The notes under the pieces are model-generated. The model saw nothing but the letters and a program-made list of their open reading frames with translations. It was not told where the DNA came from and made no database searches. This document shows positions 1 to 14,635 of a DNA stretch of 64,000 nucleotides, piece after piece. Position numbers and translations under genes: made by a program. The stretch's first letter is position 1. Every line of letters starts with the position of its first letter. Where the stretch lies: NCBI GenBank assembly GCA_041397845.1, contig JAWKVW010000006.1:6061-70060 (forward strand). Reading direction: 5' to 3'. Source of the stretch: Hyphomicrobiales bacterium. Lineage in GTDB: Bacteria > Pseudomonadota > Alphaproteobacteria > Rhizobiales > JAKPQE01.

Positions 1-578
1 AAGCCGGCGACGCGGCCATAGCCGAGGCTTGCGGCGACATTGCCGGCGGGCGGGCGGCATCGGTCTGCGGCAGGGCGGCGAGCGCCATCAGAAAGAGAAA
101 CGGGATCTCCTTGGCGACGAGCCCGGCCATCATGGCAAGGCCGAGGGGATCATTGACGATGGAGCAGGTCCGGCGGGTAGCGCCAGCCGGTCGCCCAGGG
201 CGAGACGAGGCGGACAAGCCAACCGGAGGGGGCAATGAGGAAGGCAATGCCGAACGCCGCGGCGGCATGGGGCACCGACAGCAGCGGCGAGACGAGGCGG
301 CGCAGTCCGTTGAAGAACGGCGTGCCAAGCCAGCCGGCAACGAAAAAGGCGACGACGGCAAGGGCGGCAAGCGTCGTCAGCAGCCCCGAAGCAAGGCTGA
401 GGCCGACGGAGCGGCCTATGCCCGGCGTCGCCCAGAGATCGGCGAAGGGCTGCAGCGAAAAGCCGTCAGAGCCGAGCACCGGCAGATAGCCGAAGGCCGG
501 CAGGGCAACGCCGACAAGCCCCGCAACGACCGGGCCGATGAGGACGAGGATGGTGAGCGGCGGCGCGAGACGCAGCAT
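1..578 (-). CDS. ABC transporter permease, YnjC-like, partial and frameshifted; continues past the window start
   Basis: Minus-strand ORF 150..725 from MLRLAPPLTILVLIGPVVAGLVG with TM segments and permease-like AAAAFGIAFLIAPSGWLVRL. The residues LGLAMMAGLVAKEIPFLFLMALAALPQTDA continue in another frame toward position 1. Confidence 0.65.
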
Positions 579-603
579 GGCGGTGTCGCGCCTCCCCTTC
601 GGC

Positions 604-1817
604 TCAGGCGCCGTAGCGCTTTTTCCAGGCTTCCTCGAGACGAACCATCCACGAGGGATGGGGCTCGGGCAGCACGGCGCCGAGCTCGGCCGGCGACAGG
701 GTGGCAATGCCGAGGTCGATGGCATCGAGGCGGGCGCGATCCTCCGGCGAGAGCCTTGCCACGTCGAGCACGGTGAAATCGCCCCAGACGTCCGGCTTCT
801 GTTTCTCGATCTGGGCGTCCGGCGACATCAGGAAATTGGCGACGACCATCGCGCCGGCCCTGGCATTGGCGTTGAACGGCATCGCCACGAAATGGGTGTT
901 GCCGATGGTGCCGATGTCCATGACGTAGGAGCGGACGGTGTCGGGCAGCTCGCCCTTGGCGATGGCGGAGCTCGCCTCGGTCTGGTGGAAGGAAAAGGCG
1001 ATCTCGACCTCGCCGTCGGCAAGCAGGGTGCGCAGCGCCGAGGCATTTTCCGGGAAGGCCCGGCCCTCGCGCCACATCAGCGGATGGAGCTTGTCGAGAT
1101 AGGCAAAGAGCGGCGCGGTCGCGGCGTCGAAATCGGTCTCCTCGGCCGGCTTTTCAAGAACGGCGCGATCGGCGACGAGCTCGTAGAGCATTTGCTTCAG
1201 GAAGGTCGAGCCGGTGAAATCGGGCGGCTGGGGATAGGTGAAGCGGCCGGGATGGCTCGCCGCCCAGTCGAGGAGCGCCGGAGCAGACTTCGGCACGTCC
1301 GGGGTGCGGGCGGTGTCGTGATAGAAGACGAGCTGGGCCATGCCCCAGGGCGCCTCGAGACCGTCGACGGGCACGGTGAAATCGCTCGTCACGGTCGGCT
1401 TGCCGGCAACATCGACGAGGGCATAATTCGGCAGCGCGGTCGACCAGGGCGCGGCAGCGAGCAGGTCCTCGCGCTTCATGGCAGGCGAAGTTCTCGCCAT
1501 TGATCGAACTGAGGTCGACCGAACCGCCGCTCGCGCCGCGGCGGTCTTTTCGGCCGAACCGCCGCGACCACCTCGGCGGTGTCAGAGCATGGCGTGGACG
1601 AGCTTGACGCCAGGCGCTTCTCGACCTCGGCGCCGACCCAGGCGATGTAGTCGTTGATGCGCGATTCGCCGGCCCAGGCATGCCAGTAGACCGTCTCGCC
1701 CTTTGCTTCTGCGGGAACGCATCCCATTTCGCGGGATCGGGGTCGGCAAAGCGCCGCGCCTGAAAAGACGGTTCCGGCAGACAGCGCCAGCGCGCCAAAC
1801 CAACGTGCGATGGTCAA
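604..1817 (-). CDS. ABC transporter substrate-binding protein, YnjB-like, frameshifted near 1500-1650
   Basis: ORF 604..1500 contains TYPQPPDFTGSTFLKQMLYEL and VTSDFTVPVDGLEAPWGMAQLVFYHD. N-terminal TVYWHAWAGESRINDYIAWVGAEVEKR lies in ORF 1476..2228; candidate TTG start at 1817. Confidence 0.7.
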
Positions 1818-2166
1818 ATCGATTTCCTCCGTTTCCGGCCTGCAGCGCTGCTTTTGGCTCCTGCCGCCGGTTCCCTTGCCATCTTTGGAGCGCACCGGGC
1901 CGGCAGCGTCAAGACACGGTTTCCGGAGGCGGCTGTGATTTCCGCCGACGGGCGGGCATGCCGTTCCGGCACGGTCTCGAGCAATGCGGTTCGCCGACGA
2001 AGGGCACCGCACCGATCGAAGCGCACTTGCCGGGGCGCTCGCCGACCGGCCGGACACGGCAGCGGTGACGGCGGCCGACATCCGACCGCTTGCCGACACG
2101 GGCCTTGCGCACTGGCATGCCCGGATTGGCGAGACCGGCTGGCTGGCGCGCATGCCGTAAAGCCAG

Positions 2167-3059
2167 ATGAAGCTCGGCGCCGCCGAAAACCTTCTATCAG
2201 GCAAATTCCTTTCGCGGCCGCCGAGCACTTCCGAGGCACACGCCGAAGCTCATCGACATCGTGGCGCCGACCGAGGAACTGCTCGGGGCGCTCATCGTCG
2301 AGGCGATCGAGGGCCGGGTGCCGCGCCTGCCGGACGACCTTGCGGCCATCGCTGGCGCTCGCGGCGCTGCACCGCTGCCCGATCGAGGAGCCAGCAAGCG
2401 GGCTGAAGCGGATGCCGCCAATCCGCTGACGGCGATGCTGCTCGAGGGTTCGCGACAGGCGGAATTCCTCGAGCCGGCCGATATCGACGACGTCATGGCT
2501 CGACATCCGCTCCGAGCTCGACAAGGTGTTCCGGCACGTGGAACGGCTCGGCCGGCCGCCACGGACACTGATCTCGTTCGACGCCCATCCGGGCAATTTC
2601 CTCATCGAGGAACGGGCCGACGAGGCCCCGCGCGCCGTTCTCGTCGATCTCGACAAGATGCTGCTTTCCTCGCCCAGCCGACCTCGCGCACGTACGACGC
2701 TCTACACCTCGACGACCTGGGACCCGAACACCTCGGCGGTGCTCTCGGGCGAGGAGATGCTCGCCTTCTATCGTGCCTGGATCGCGGCAATGGGCGATGA
2801 CGCGGAACAGCACGTTGCCGTTCCTCGAAATCAGCCGGCGACGGTCTTCTGGCTCTGGTCGGCGACCTGGTGCGCCAAGTGGCAAGTGCTTTCCGGCGAG
2901 ACGGCGAAGGAAGCGGCCGAGACGAGCGCCAATGCCGAGGACTGGTCGGAGGAAAAGAGCGCGGCGGCCCTCATTGCCCACGTCGCCGAGCGGGTAACGC
3001 ACTACCTCCAGCCCGAGACCATCGCCCGGGTGCGGGCAACGCTTGCCATCAAGCCTTGA
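2167..3059 (+). CDS. Aminoglycoside phosphotransferase-like kinase family protein, frameshifted
   Basis: ORF 2526..3059 has LISFDAHPGNFLIEE...AVLVDLDKM, resembling the APH/choline kinase catalytic and DxD motifs. Upstream parts lie in frames of ORFs 2167..2406 and 2261..2800. Start uncertain. Confidence 0.5.
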
Positions 3060-3193
3060 GCCGGCCGCTTTCAGCAAGCTGTTAAGTCTTTGCCGAACCG
3101 TCAGAAACAAGCGCGGTTTCGGCATGAAATCAACGACAGCACAATTACCCTATATTCGGCAGACGAGCGAATCACCGAAAGAGACGAGCAGGT

Positions 3194-6562
<3,369 letters not shown>

Positions 6563-6669
6563 GACGGCTCTTTGCGGAATGTGTGGCAGTTTTTGCCGGA
6601 AATAGGTCATTGCTGCCAGAATTGAAACCGGAAATCCTGTCGTCGTCAACCGAGCTTCAGGAGCCTTCC

Positions 6670-7359
6670 ATGACAGACGCGCCGTTTCGCATCGTATTCG
6701 CCATCTATCCGGGCATGACGCAGCTCGACTTCACCGGGCCGCACCAGTTTCTCAGCCGCCTGCCGGGGAGCGAGACGATCGTCGCCAGTCCGGCCGGCGG
6801 CGACGTTGCCGCCGAGGGCCTCGTCTTTGCCGGCACGGCGGCGATAGCCGATGTCGGGTCCTGCGACCTCATCTGCGTTCCGGGCGGCGTGCCGGCGGCG
6901 CGGATCGGCCTCGACGAGGCGTTCATCGGCGAGATCCGCCGGCTGGCGCTCGGGGCGCGCTACATCACCTCGGTGTGCACCGGCTCGCTCATCCTCGGCG
7001 CGACCGGGCTTCTGAAGGGCAAGCGCGCCGCCTGCCACTGGGCCTGGCGCGAGCTTCTGCCGATCTACGGCGCCATTCCCGACCCGGCACGGGTCGTGCG
7101 CGACGGCAACATCATCACCGGCGGCGGCGTGACGGCCGGCATCGACTTCGCGCTGACGGTGCTTGCCGAAGTTGCCGGCAGAGACGTCGCCGAGGCGCTG
7201 CAGCTCGGCCTCGAATACGCCCCCGAGCCGCCGTTCAATTCCGGCCGGCCGGAGACGGCACCGGCGGCGACGGTCGCCTTGCTGAAGGCGCGCCTCGATC
7301 AGGCCGCCGCCGGGCGACGGCAGGACGCGGAGGCGGCGGCGGCGCGGCTTTCATCCTGA
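6670..7359 (+). CDS. DJ-1/PfpI family protein (isonitrile hydratase-like)
   Basis: MTDAPFRIVFAIYPGMTQLDFTGPHQFLSRLPG...ITSVCTGSLILGATGLLKGKRAACHWAW...ITGGGVTAGIDFALTVLAEVAG. Confidence 0.88.
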   Translation: MTDAPFRIVFAIYPGMTQLDFTGPHQFLSRLPGSETIVASPAGGDVAAEGLVFAGTAAIADVGSCDLICVPGGVPAARIGLDEAFIGEIRRLALGARYITSVCTGSLILGATGLLKGKRAACHWAWRELLPIYGAIPDPARVVRDGNIITGGGVTAGIDFALTVLAEVAGRDVAEALQLGLEYAPEPPFNSGRPETAPAATVALLKARLDQAAAGRRQDAEAAAARLSS

Positions 7360-7439
7360 GCCGCGTGCCGGCCGCAACGCGGTCCGCGCTTCGACCGGCA
7401 TTTGCCGGGGATATCAGCCTTGCCCGCCAAAACCTGCAC

Positions 7440-7836
7440 CGGCCGGCGAGGGCGCGAGACGGATCAGGCGTGAATCAAGCACCGCCGCCTGGCGATGCTT
7501 GACGGCCTCGCGGTAAACCGGATCGCGCAGCATCTCGATGAAGGCGGCAACGCTTGATATTCGGCGATAAAGCACTCGTCCCAAGCCTCCTCGGCCGGCC
7601 CGATCAACATCAGCTCAAAGGAGCCGCGCCAGACGATGCGGCCACCGAGACGGGCAAAGACCGGATAGCTTTCACGGCCATAGGCGGCATAGGCCTCGGC
7701 GCCGGTCGCCCCGCGCCCGTCGGATAGGCTGCCTCGCCACGAAAGCGCACGAGGTTGAGCATGTGAATCGGACCCGGTCGGTCATTGGCGCGGAATGCGC
7801 CGAAGGTCTCTTTCGTCGGATCGACGAAACCGACAT
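7440..7836 (-). CDS. DUF1330-family protein, frameshifted; boundaries approximate
   Basis: Minus-strand VGFVDPTKETFGAFRANDRPGPIHMLNLVRFRGEAAYPTG in ORF 7610..8017. The DUF1330-like C-terminal part continues in another frame. Confidence 0.6.
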
Positions 7837-8106
7837 GCTGGTTTCTCCTTGCGCGGGCGGTTCCGGGCAATGGCGGACTTGCCGACGCGGAGCTTAGCTG
7901 AATTCGCTGCAGACCAGGACCTTCGGCAAAAAGCTTTTTGCAAAACAAAACCGCGTCGGATCGCTCCGGCGCGGTCTTCAATCTTGCGTCCCTGCCGGCG
8001 GGCGGCAGGGTTTTCAATCGCTATTGCCTGCCGGCAGGCGGCAGGGCTATCAGCCCCTTGCGCCATGCCTGCCGGAAAACCGGTTACGGTCTTCCAGCAA
8101 GGAGCA

Positions 8107-8643
8107 TCAGCGCGGCGCCAGCACCATGATCATCTGGCGGCCTTCGAGCTTCGGCTCGGCCTCGACCTTGGCGAAGTCGGCGGTGTCGTCGCGGACCTTG
8201 TGGAGCAACTGCATGCCGAGCTCCTGATGGGCCATCTCGCGACCGCGGAAGCGGAGCGTCACCTTGACCTTGTCGCCTTCCTCGAAGAAGCGCTTGATCG
8301 ACCGCATCTTGACCTCATAGTCGTGCGTGTCGATGTTCGGACGGACCTTGATCTCCTTGATCTCGACCGTCTTCTGCTTCTTGCGCGCTTCGGCAGCCTT
8401 CTTCTGGCTCTGGTACTTGTACTTGCCGAAATCGAGGATCTTGCAGACCGGCGGCGCCGAATTCGGCGAGATCTCGACCAGATCGAGCCCCTGCTCGACC
8501 GCGAGATTGAGGGCCTCATCAATCGGAACGATGCCCAGATTGACGCCTTCAGCGTCGATCAGCTGTACCCGTGCTTCGCGGATATCGCGATTCACGCGGG
8601 GCCCTTCCTTCTGAACGGGCGCGGCTCTGTGTGGACGGCGAAT
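8107..8643 (-). CDS. infC: Translation initiation factor IF-3, probable ATT start codon
   Basis: [28 protein letters not shown]...[25 protein letters not shown]. The frame is open upstream to ATT CGC CGT CCA CAC AGA GCC (8643 downward), preceded by AGGAG at 8657-8653. Confidence 0.95.
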   Translation of the reverse strand: MRRPHRAAPVQKEGPRVNRDIREARVQLIDAEGVNLGIVPIDEALNLAVEQGLDLVEISPNSAPPVCKILDFGKYKYQSQKKAAEARKKQKTVEIKEIKVRPNIDTHDYEVKMRSIKRFFEEGDKVKVTLRFRGREMAHQELGMQLLHKVRDDTADFAKVEAEPKLEGRQMIMVLAPR

Positions 8644-8955
8644 GGTCAGGGTCTCCTAGTCGATTGATACAAATTCCGTTCGCGGCAGCCTCGGCCACCA
8701 CGTCTTCCCCGACCCTAATGCCAAACGAGCCCGAACGGAATCGAAAACGAGCCCGCCAGAGCCTGTTTCGCGCCGATTCTCCAGATTTTCGGTGTTTCTG
8801 GCCCCGGATGGCAGCGCGGAATCGCGGAAAGCCTGTCCGGACCGCATCGAACATCCCTCGCGAGGCGACCGGGCAGAGGCCTGACATTCTCCAACTCGCC
8901 GCGCTTCGTCAAGCGTCGCTTGATGGGCCGGTAAACGGTTCTTGACCGGATGACG

Positions 8956-10158
8956 TCAGGAAACCCGCCGGCGGAGACGGTCATAGACCGCAAGGGTCGC
9001 GCCGGTCATCACCGGCAGATCGAAATGCCGGAGCATGAAAGCCCGGACCTTGTCGCCATAGTCCGCACCCTTGTCCGGCGCGACGAGCAGCGCTTCCTCG
9101 ATCGCCTCAGCCAGTGCGTTGGCATCCGCGGCCGGGACGCGCCAGCCGGTCCGCGCCGCGGCGTCGACCTCGGGCGGCTGCAGCACCGTTTCGGCAAAGG
9201 CGCCAAGATCGGAGACAACGACCGGGCGACCCATGGCGCCGGCCTCGACCGCGGCGCGGCCAAACGTCTCGGGCACGAGCGAGGGGGCGATGACGACGCT
9301 CGCCAGCGACAGGGCGGCCGGCATGTCGGCGCAGTGACCGACGAAACGGACGCGACCGGCAAGCCCCGCCGCCGCGACGTCGGCATCGAGCTCGGCGCGA
9401 AAGCCGGCGCGGCCCTGCTCGTCGCCGGCCATGACGAAGACGAGATCGGGGTGCTGCCCGGCGAGCCGGGCGGCGGCCTCGATCGCCACCTTGTGACCCT
9501 TGATCGGACTGACCCGGGCCGGCAGCAGCACGACGCGATCGCCGGCCGCAATCGCCCAGGCGGCGGCCAGCCTGTTGCGACGCTCCGGCGTGATGCGGGC
9601 CGGATCGAAGGCGGCAAGGTCGGTGCCGCGCGGGATGACGACGATGCGATCGCGGGCGGAGGGGAACCGTTCGGCAATGACGCCGGCGGTGAAGGCGGAA
9701 TTGGCGATCACCGCGTCGCCACGGGCCATCACCGAATTGTAGAGCGCCTTCAGGCGACCGACCTGCTTGTAGGCACCATGGAACGTCGTGACGAACGGAA
9801 TGCCGGTGCGGCGGGCGGCAAGGAGCGCCGACCAGGCGGGGGCGCGGCTGCGGGCATGGATGATGTCGACCCTTTCGCGCCGGATGAGGGCGGCGAGGCG
9901 GCCGACATTGAGAACCATCCGGAGCGGATTCTTGGCCGCGACCGGAAGATCGAACCACTCGCCGCCCCTTGCCTGAAGCTCGGCGACGAGCCGGCCGCCC
10001 TCGCTTGCCACCAGCGCCCGGTCGCCCCTTGCGGCGAGGGCTGCGGCGATATCGACCGTGGTGCGCTCGGCGCCGCCGGCCTCGAGCTCGGGGATCACCT
10101 GCAGGATCGTCAGAGGGCGGGCTTTTCGTCCATCGCCGGTTATGGGATCAAGGGGCAA
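8956..10158 (-). CDS. Glycosyltransferase family 4 / GT-B fold glycosyltransferase
   Basis: ILQVIPELEAGGAERTTVDIAAALAARGDRALV...IIHARSRAPAW...RVSPIKGHKVAIEAAARL...PSLVPETFGRAAVEAGAMGRPVV. TTG start with GAAGGG upstream. Confidence 0.87.
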   Translation of the reverse strand: MPLDPITGDGRKARPLTILQVIPELEAGGAERTTVDIAAALAARGDRALVASEGGRLVAELQARGGEWFDLPVAAKNPLRMVLNVGRLAALIRRERVDIIHARSRAPAWSALLAARRTGIPFVTTFHGAYKQVGRLKALYNSVMARGDAVIANSAFTAGVIAERFPSARDRIVVIPRGTDLAAFDPARITPERRNRLAAAWAIAAGDRVVLLPARVSPIKGHKVAIEAAARLAGQHPDLVFVMAGDEQGRAGFRAELDADVAAAGLAGRVRFVGHCADMPAALSLASVVIAPSLVPETFGRAAVEAGAMGRPVVVSDLGAFAETVLQPPEVDAAARTGWRVPAADANALAEAIEEALLVAPDKGADYGDKVRAFMLRHFDLPVMTGATLAVYDRLRRRVS

Positions 10159-10218
10159 GGGCGACCCTTCTTTCGGATTCGTCGCGCACCGACATCGAAC
10201 AGAGGCCCGGACAGTAGG

Positions 10219-10995
10219 ATGAGCGAGACGGAACCGCAAACGCTTCGTGTCGAGACAGACGGCTACGGCCGTGACATCGCCGTGCTCCATCGCGACGGCG
10301 CCGGACCGGGCATCATCTGGCTCGGCGGCTTTCGATCGGAGATGACCGGCACCAAGGCGGCGGCGCTTGCCGAGCATGCCGCGCGGGCCGGCCGCGCCGT
10401 CACGCGCTTCGACTATTCCGGCCACGGCGCCTCGGGCGGCGCCTTCACCGACGGCACGATCGGGCGCTGGCTCGACGAGGCGACCGCCGTCTTCGACGCG
10501 TTCACCAAGGGACCGCAGATCGCCGTCGGCTCGTCGATGGGCGGCTGGCTCACCCTGCTGCTTGCCCGCCGGCTGGCGGCGCGCGGCGAAAGCGGCCGGC
10601 TCAAGGCCCTTGTGCTGATCGCGCCGGCAACCGACATGACGGACAGCCTGATGTGGCGGCGCTGGCCGGACACGATCCGGCGCGAGATCACGGAGGCCGG
10701 CCATCTTTCGGTGCCGTCGCAATATTGCGCGGAGCCGACGATGATCACCCGGGCGCTCGTCGAGGAAGGGCGGGCGCATCTTTTCGGCGACGCGCCGATC
10801 GTTGCCGGATGCCCGGTGCATATCCTGCACGGCGTCGACGATCCGGATGTGCCGGTGTCGATGTCCCTCGACCTCGTGTCGCGCCTTGCCGAGGACGATG
10901 TCGTTCTCACCCTCGTCAAGGCCGGGGACCACCGGCTGTCGCGGCCGCAGGACATCGAGCTGATGCTGTCGACGGTCGCCGCGCTCGGCGACTGA
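10219..10995 (+). CDS. Alpha/beta hydrolase
   Basis: IIWLGGFRSEMTGTKAAALAEHA...FDYSGHGASGG...IAVGSSMGGWLTLLLA...ILHGVDDPDVPVSMSLDL. Confidence 0.87.
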   Translation: MSETEPQTLRVETDGYGRDIAVLHRDGAGPGIIWLGGFRSEMTGTKAAALAEHAARAGRAVTRFDYSGHGASGGAFTDGTIGRWLDEATAVFDAFTKGPQIAVGSSMGGWLTLLLARRLAARGESGRLKALVLIAPATDMTDSLMWRRWPDTIRREITEAGHLSVPSQYCAEPTMITRALVEEGRAHLFGDAPIVAGCPVHILHGVDDPDVPVSMSLDLVSRLAEDDVVLTLVKAGDHRLSRPQDIELMLSTVAALGD

Positions 10996-11051
10996 ACCGG
11001 CCGAACCGGTTCCATCCTGCCCGTGGCCGCCGTTGAGGAGTCGAACGTCAA

Positions 11052-12272
11052 ATGGCGCTTTCCGGAACGTTCGCGATGCTGAAAGGCCGCCTTGGCGCGG
11101 TGCCGCGCGGCGTCATCATGCTCGGCTTCGTCAGCATGTTCATGGACCTTTCCTCGGAAATGATCCACGCGCTGCTGCCGCTCTATCTCGTCGGCCCGCT
11201 CGGCGCCTCGACGGCGCTTGTCGGCTTCGTCGAGGGCGTCGCCGAATCGATCGCGGCGATCACCAAGGTCTTTTCCGGGGCGATCAGCGACCGCATCGCC
11301 CGGCGCAAGCCGCTGGTGCTTCTCGGCTATGGCCTTGCGGCGATCACCAAGCCGGTGTTCCCGCTGGCGAGTTCCGCCTGGATGGTGGTCGGCGCCCGGT
11401 TCGTCGACCGGTTCGGCAAGGGCCTTCGCGGGGCGCCGCGCGACGCGCTGATCGCCGACCTGACGACACCGGGGACGCGCGGCGCGGCCTATGGCATGCG
11501 CCAGTCGATGGACACGATCGGGGCGATCCTGGCGCCGGGCGCCGCCATCCTCCTGATGTGGCTCTACAATGATTTCCGGCTGGTGTTCTGGATCGCCGTC
11601 ATCCCGGCGTTCATCTCGGTGCTGTTCGTCGTCTTCGGGGTTTCGGAAACCGACCCTGAGCCGGCCGCAAAGGGCAGCCGGCCGAAGCTCGACTGGCGCA
11701 CCGCGCGGCGGCTGCCGAGGCTCTATTTCGCCGTGCTCGGCGTTGCCTTCATCCTGACGCTGGCGCGCTTCTCCGAGGCCTTCCTCGTTCTTGCCGCGCA
11801 CCATGCCGGCCTCGTCGTCGCGCTCGCGCCGCTCGTCTATGTCGCCATGAACATCGTCTATTCGATCACGGCGGCGCTGGCCGGCAGCCTGTCGGACGGC
11901 GTCGACCGGCGGGCGATCCTGATTGCCGGCACGCTGGCGCTGATCGTTGCCGATGTCTTCCTCGCCATGACGGGATCGCTCGCTGCGGTCGGGCTCGGCG
12001 TCCTCGTCTGGGGCCTGCACATGGGCCTGACGCAGGGGCTCTTTGCAGCGCTCATCGCCGATATCGCGCCGAGCGACCTGCGCGGCACGGCATTCGGCCT
12101 CTATAACCTTGCGACCGGCCTTGCCATGCTGGCGGCGAGCCTCATTGCCGGGGTCCTCTGGGACATGAGCGGGCCGACGGCGACCTTCCTTGCCGGCGCG
12201 GGGTTCACTGTCATCGCGCTTTTCGGCATGCTGGCGCTGCCGCGGCGCGCCGGACAGACGCCGCGCACCTGA
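11052..12272 (+). CDS. MFS transporter
   Basis: Hydrophobic 406-aa ORF; [25 protein letters not shown]...[27 protein letters not shown]...[17 protein letters not shown]. Confidence 0.88.
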   Translation: MALSGTFAMLKGRLGAVPRGVIMLGFVSMFMDLSSEMIHALLPLYLVGPLGASTALVGFVEGVAESIAAITKVFSGAISDRIARRKPLVLLGYGLAAITKPVFPLASSAWMVVGARFVDRFGKGLRGAPRDALIADLTTPGTRGAAYGMRQSMDTIGAILAPGAAILLMWLYNDFRLVFWIAVIPAFISVLFVVFGVSETDPEPAAKGSRPKLDWRTARRLPRLYFAVLGVAFILTLARFSEAFLVLAAHHAGLVVALAPLVYVAMNIVYSITAALAGSLSDGVDRRAILIAGTLALIVADVFLAMTGSLAAVGLGVLVWGLHMGLTQGLFAALIADIAPSDLRGTAFGLYNLATGLAMLAASLIAGVLWDMSGPTATFLAGAGFTVIALFGMLALPRRAGQTPRT

Positions 12273-12297
12273 CCTTGCCGCAACTGACGGACAGACG

Positions 12298-13047
12298 ATG
12301 GCCCGATACGAGTTCCGCATGCAGCGCCTGTTCGTCCGCCACGGCCTTGGCGCCGGCGGAACAATGACGCTCGACCGTGGCCAGACCAACTACCTCGTCA
12401 ACGTGCTGCGGCTCGGCGAGGGCGGGCGCGTGCTGTTGTTCAATGGCCATGACGGCGAATGGGTCGCCGAGATCAGCCGCGCCGACCGCAAGGGGGCATC
12501 GATCTCGCTCGTCGAGCAGGTGCGGCCGCAGCCGGCCGCGGCCGAGCTTCGCTATCTCTTTGCGCCGCTGAAGCAGGCGCGCCTCGACTACATGGTGCAG
12601 AAGGCGACGGAGATGGGCGCCGGCCGGCTGACGCCGGTCATCACCCAGCACACCCAGGTGACCAAGCTCAATCTGGAGCGGCTCGAGGCGAACATCATCG
12701 AGGCGGCCGAGCAGTGCGGCATCCTCTCGATCCCGCAGCTCGACGCGCCGGTGCCGCTGCGCACGCTGCTCGATGCCTGGCCCGGCGCCGAACCGGAACG
12801 GCGCATCATCTTCTGCGACGAAGGCGAGGAGGGCGGCGATCCGCTGACCACGCTCGGCGGCCTTGCGGCCGGGCCGCTTGCGGTGCTTATCGGGCCGGAG
12901 GGCGGCTTTTCGGAGGACGAGCGGGCGGTGCTGCATTCCAAGCGCTTCGTCACGGCTATTCCGCTCGGGCCGCGGATCCTGCGGGCCGACACGGCGGCCG
13001 TCGCGGCGCTCGCCGTCGTCCAGGCGCGGCTCGGCGACTGGCGCTAG
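12298..13047 (+). CDS. rsmE: 16S rRNA (uracil(1498)-N(3))-methyltransferase
   Basis: [33 protein letters not shown]...[23 protein letters not shown]...[13 protein letters not shown]...[20 protein letters not shown]. Confidence 0.93.
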   Translation: MARYEFRMQRLFVRHGLGAGGTMTLDRGQTNYLVNVLRLGEGGRVLLFNGHDGEWVAEISRADRKGASISLVEQVRPQPAAAELRYLFAPLKQARLDYMVQKATEMGAGRLTPVITQHTQVTKLNLERLEANIIEAAEQCGILSIPQLDAPVPLRTLLDAWPGAEPERRIIFCDEGEEGGDPLTTLGGLAAGPLAVLIGPEGGFSEDERAVLHSKRFVTAIPLGPRILRADTAAVAALAVVQARLGDWR

Positions 13048-13080
13048 ATTTTCCGCCAGACCCTGGTCGAGACCGGGCAC

Positions 13081-13140
13081 GTGACTGGGGGCGTGACTGG
13101 CCGCGTGACTTGCCGCGTGACTGGCCGCGTGACTGGCCGC
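13081..13140. repeat. 12-bp tandem repeat, five units, consensus GTGACTGGCCGC
   Basis: gtgactgggggc / gtgactggccgc / gtgacttgccgc / gtgactggccgc / gtgactggccgc, read directly between rsmE and gshA. Confidence 0.95.
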
Positions 13141-13261
13141 GCGTGCCTGCGAGAGCACCAACCGGGTATGCCGCGGTGCCGCAATTTCACGCAATTGGCA
13201 TTTGTAACCGGCAAACCCCGCCTATATGTTCCGGCATCCTGCCTCCGGACCGGAGCCTTTC

Positions 13262-14635
13262 ATGGCACGTGATACATCCGACTCGACGCCGATCGAAAGC
13301 CTTGCCCAGCTCGTGGAGCGGCTCGAATCCGGCAGCAAGCCGAGCGAGCGCTGGCGCATCGGCACCGAGCACGAGAAGTTCGGCTTCTACGTCGCCGACT
13401 GCTCGCCGGTGCCCTATGAGGGGCCGCGCGGCATCCGCAAGCTGCTCGAGGCGATGAACGGCATGCTCGGCTGGGAGCCGATCCTCGATCGCGGCCTCAT
13501 CATCGGCATGGTCGACCCGGTCGGCGGCGGCGCAATCTCGCTGGAGCCCGGCGGCCAGTTCGAGCTTTCCGGCGCGCCGCTGGAGACCATCCACCAGACC
13601 TGCGTCGAGACCTATTCCCATCTTTCGCAGGTGCGCGAGGCGGCCGAGCCGCTCGGCATCGGCTTTCTCGGGCTCGGCATGTCGCCGAAATGGTCGCTGG
13701 CGGAAACGCCGCGCATGCCCAAGAGCCGCTATGACATCATGTCGAACTACATGCCGAAGGTCGGCAGCAAGGGCCTCGACATGATGTTCCGGACGGCCAC
13801 CATCCAGGTGAACCTCGATTTCTCGAGCGAAGCCGACATGGTGCGCAAGCTGCGCGTCGGCGTGGCGCTGCAGCCGATCGCGACCGCGATCTTTGCCAAT
13901 TCGCCGTTCATGGACGGCAAGCCGAACGGCTTCCAGAGCTATCGCGCCGAGATCTGGCGGGACACCGATCCGCACCGGACCGGCATGATGCCGTTCGCCT
14001 TCGAGGACGGTTTCGGCTTCGAGCGCTATGTCGACTGGGCGCTCGACGTGCCGATGTATTTCGTCAAGCGCGGCGACGTCTACCACGACGTCACCGGCAC
14101 GACCTTCCGCCAGTTCCTCGGCGGGGCGCTGAAGGACCGGCTGCCGGGCGTCGTTCCCGACCTTGGCGACTTCGACAACCACATCTCGACGCTGTTCCCG
14201 GAAGTGCGCCTCAAGCGCTACATCGAGATGCGCGGCGCCGACGGCGGGCCGTGGCGGCGGATCACGGCGCTGCCGGCCTTCTGGGTCGGCCTGCTCTATG
14301 ACCAGACCTCGCTCGATGCCGCCTATGACGTCATCAAGGACTGGTCCGAGGAGGAGCGGCAGGGACTTCGCGACGACATCGGCGAGAAGGGCTTTGCCGC
14401 GACGATCGCCGGGCGCAGCGCGCTCGAGGTGGCCCGCGAGGTCGTCGCGATCTCGGCCGATGGCCTGCATCGGCGCAACCGGCGCAATCGCAATGGCGAG
14501 GACGAGACGCATTTCCTCGCGCCGGTCGAGGAGACGGTGGCGAGCGGCGTGACGCCGGCGCAGCGGCTCCTGCGCCAGTTCGCGACCGAATGGGGCGGCG
14601 ACATCGACAAGGTGTTCACCGCCCATGCCTTCTGA
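13262..14635 (+). CDS. gshA: Glutamate-cysteine ligase (proteobacterial/plant type)
   Basis: RWRIGTEHEKFGFYVADCSPVPYEGPRGIRKLLEAM...ISLEPGGQFELSGAPLETIHQTC...LYDQTSLDAAYD...DIDKVFTAHAF. Confidence 0.92.
   Translation: MARDTSDSTPIESLAQLVERLESGSKPSERWRIGTEHEKFGFYVADCSPVPYEGPRGIRKLLEAMNGMLGWEPILDRGLIIGMVDPVGGGAISLEPGGQFELSGAPLETIHQTCVETYSHLSQVREAAEPLGIGFLGLGMSPKWSLAETPRMPKSRYDIMSNYMPKVGSKGLDMMFRTATIQVNLDFSSEADMVRKLRVGVALQPIATAIFANSPFMDGKPNGFQSYRAEIWRDTDPHRTGMMPFAFEDGFGFERYVDWALDVPMYFVKRGDVYHDVTGTTFRQFLGGALKDRLPGVVPDLGDFDNHISTLFPEVRLKRYIEMRGADGGPWRRITALPAFWVGLLYDQTSLDAAYDVIKDWSEEERQGLRDDIGEKGFAATIAGRSALEVAREVVAISADGLHRRNRRNRNGEDETHFLAPVEETVASGVTPAQRLLRQFATEWGGDIDKVFTAHAF

Noticed and set aside
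7377-7610. Riboswitch or structured RNA near the DUF1330 gene
   Set aside because: Sequence is explained by the frameshifted C-terminus of the DUF1330-like protein; no convincing conserved structure.
8950-10995. 681-aa plus-strand ORF
   Set aside because: Its first ~420 residues are antisense to the glycosyltransferase; the real product is the alpha/beta hydrolase starting at 10219.
13081-13140. Possible CRISPR-like array
   Set aside because: Units are 12 bp and directly abutting without spacers; no cas genes nearby.
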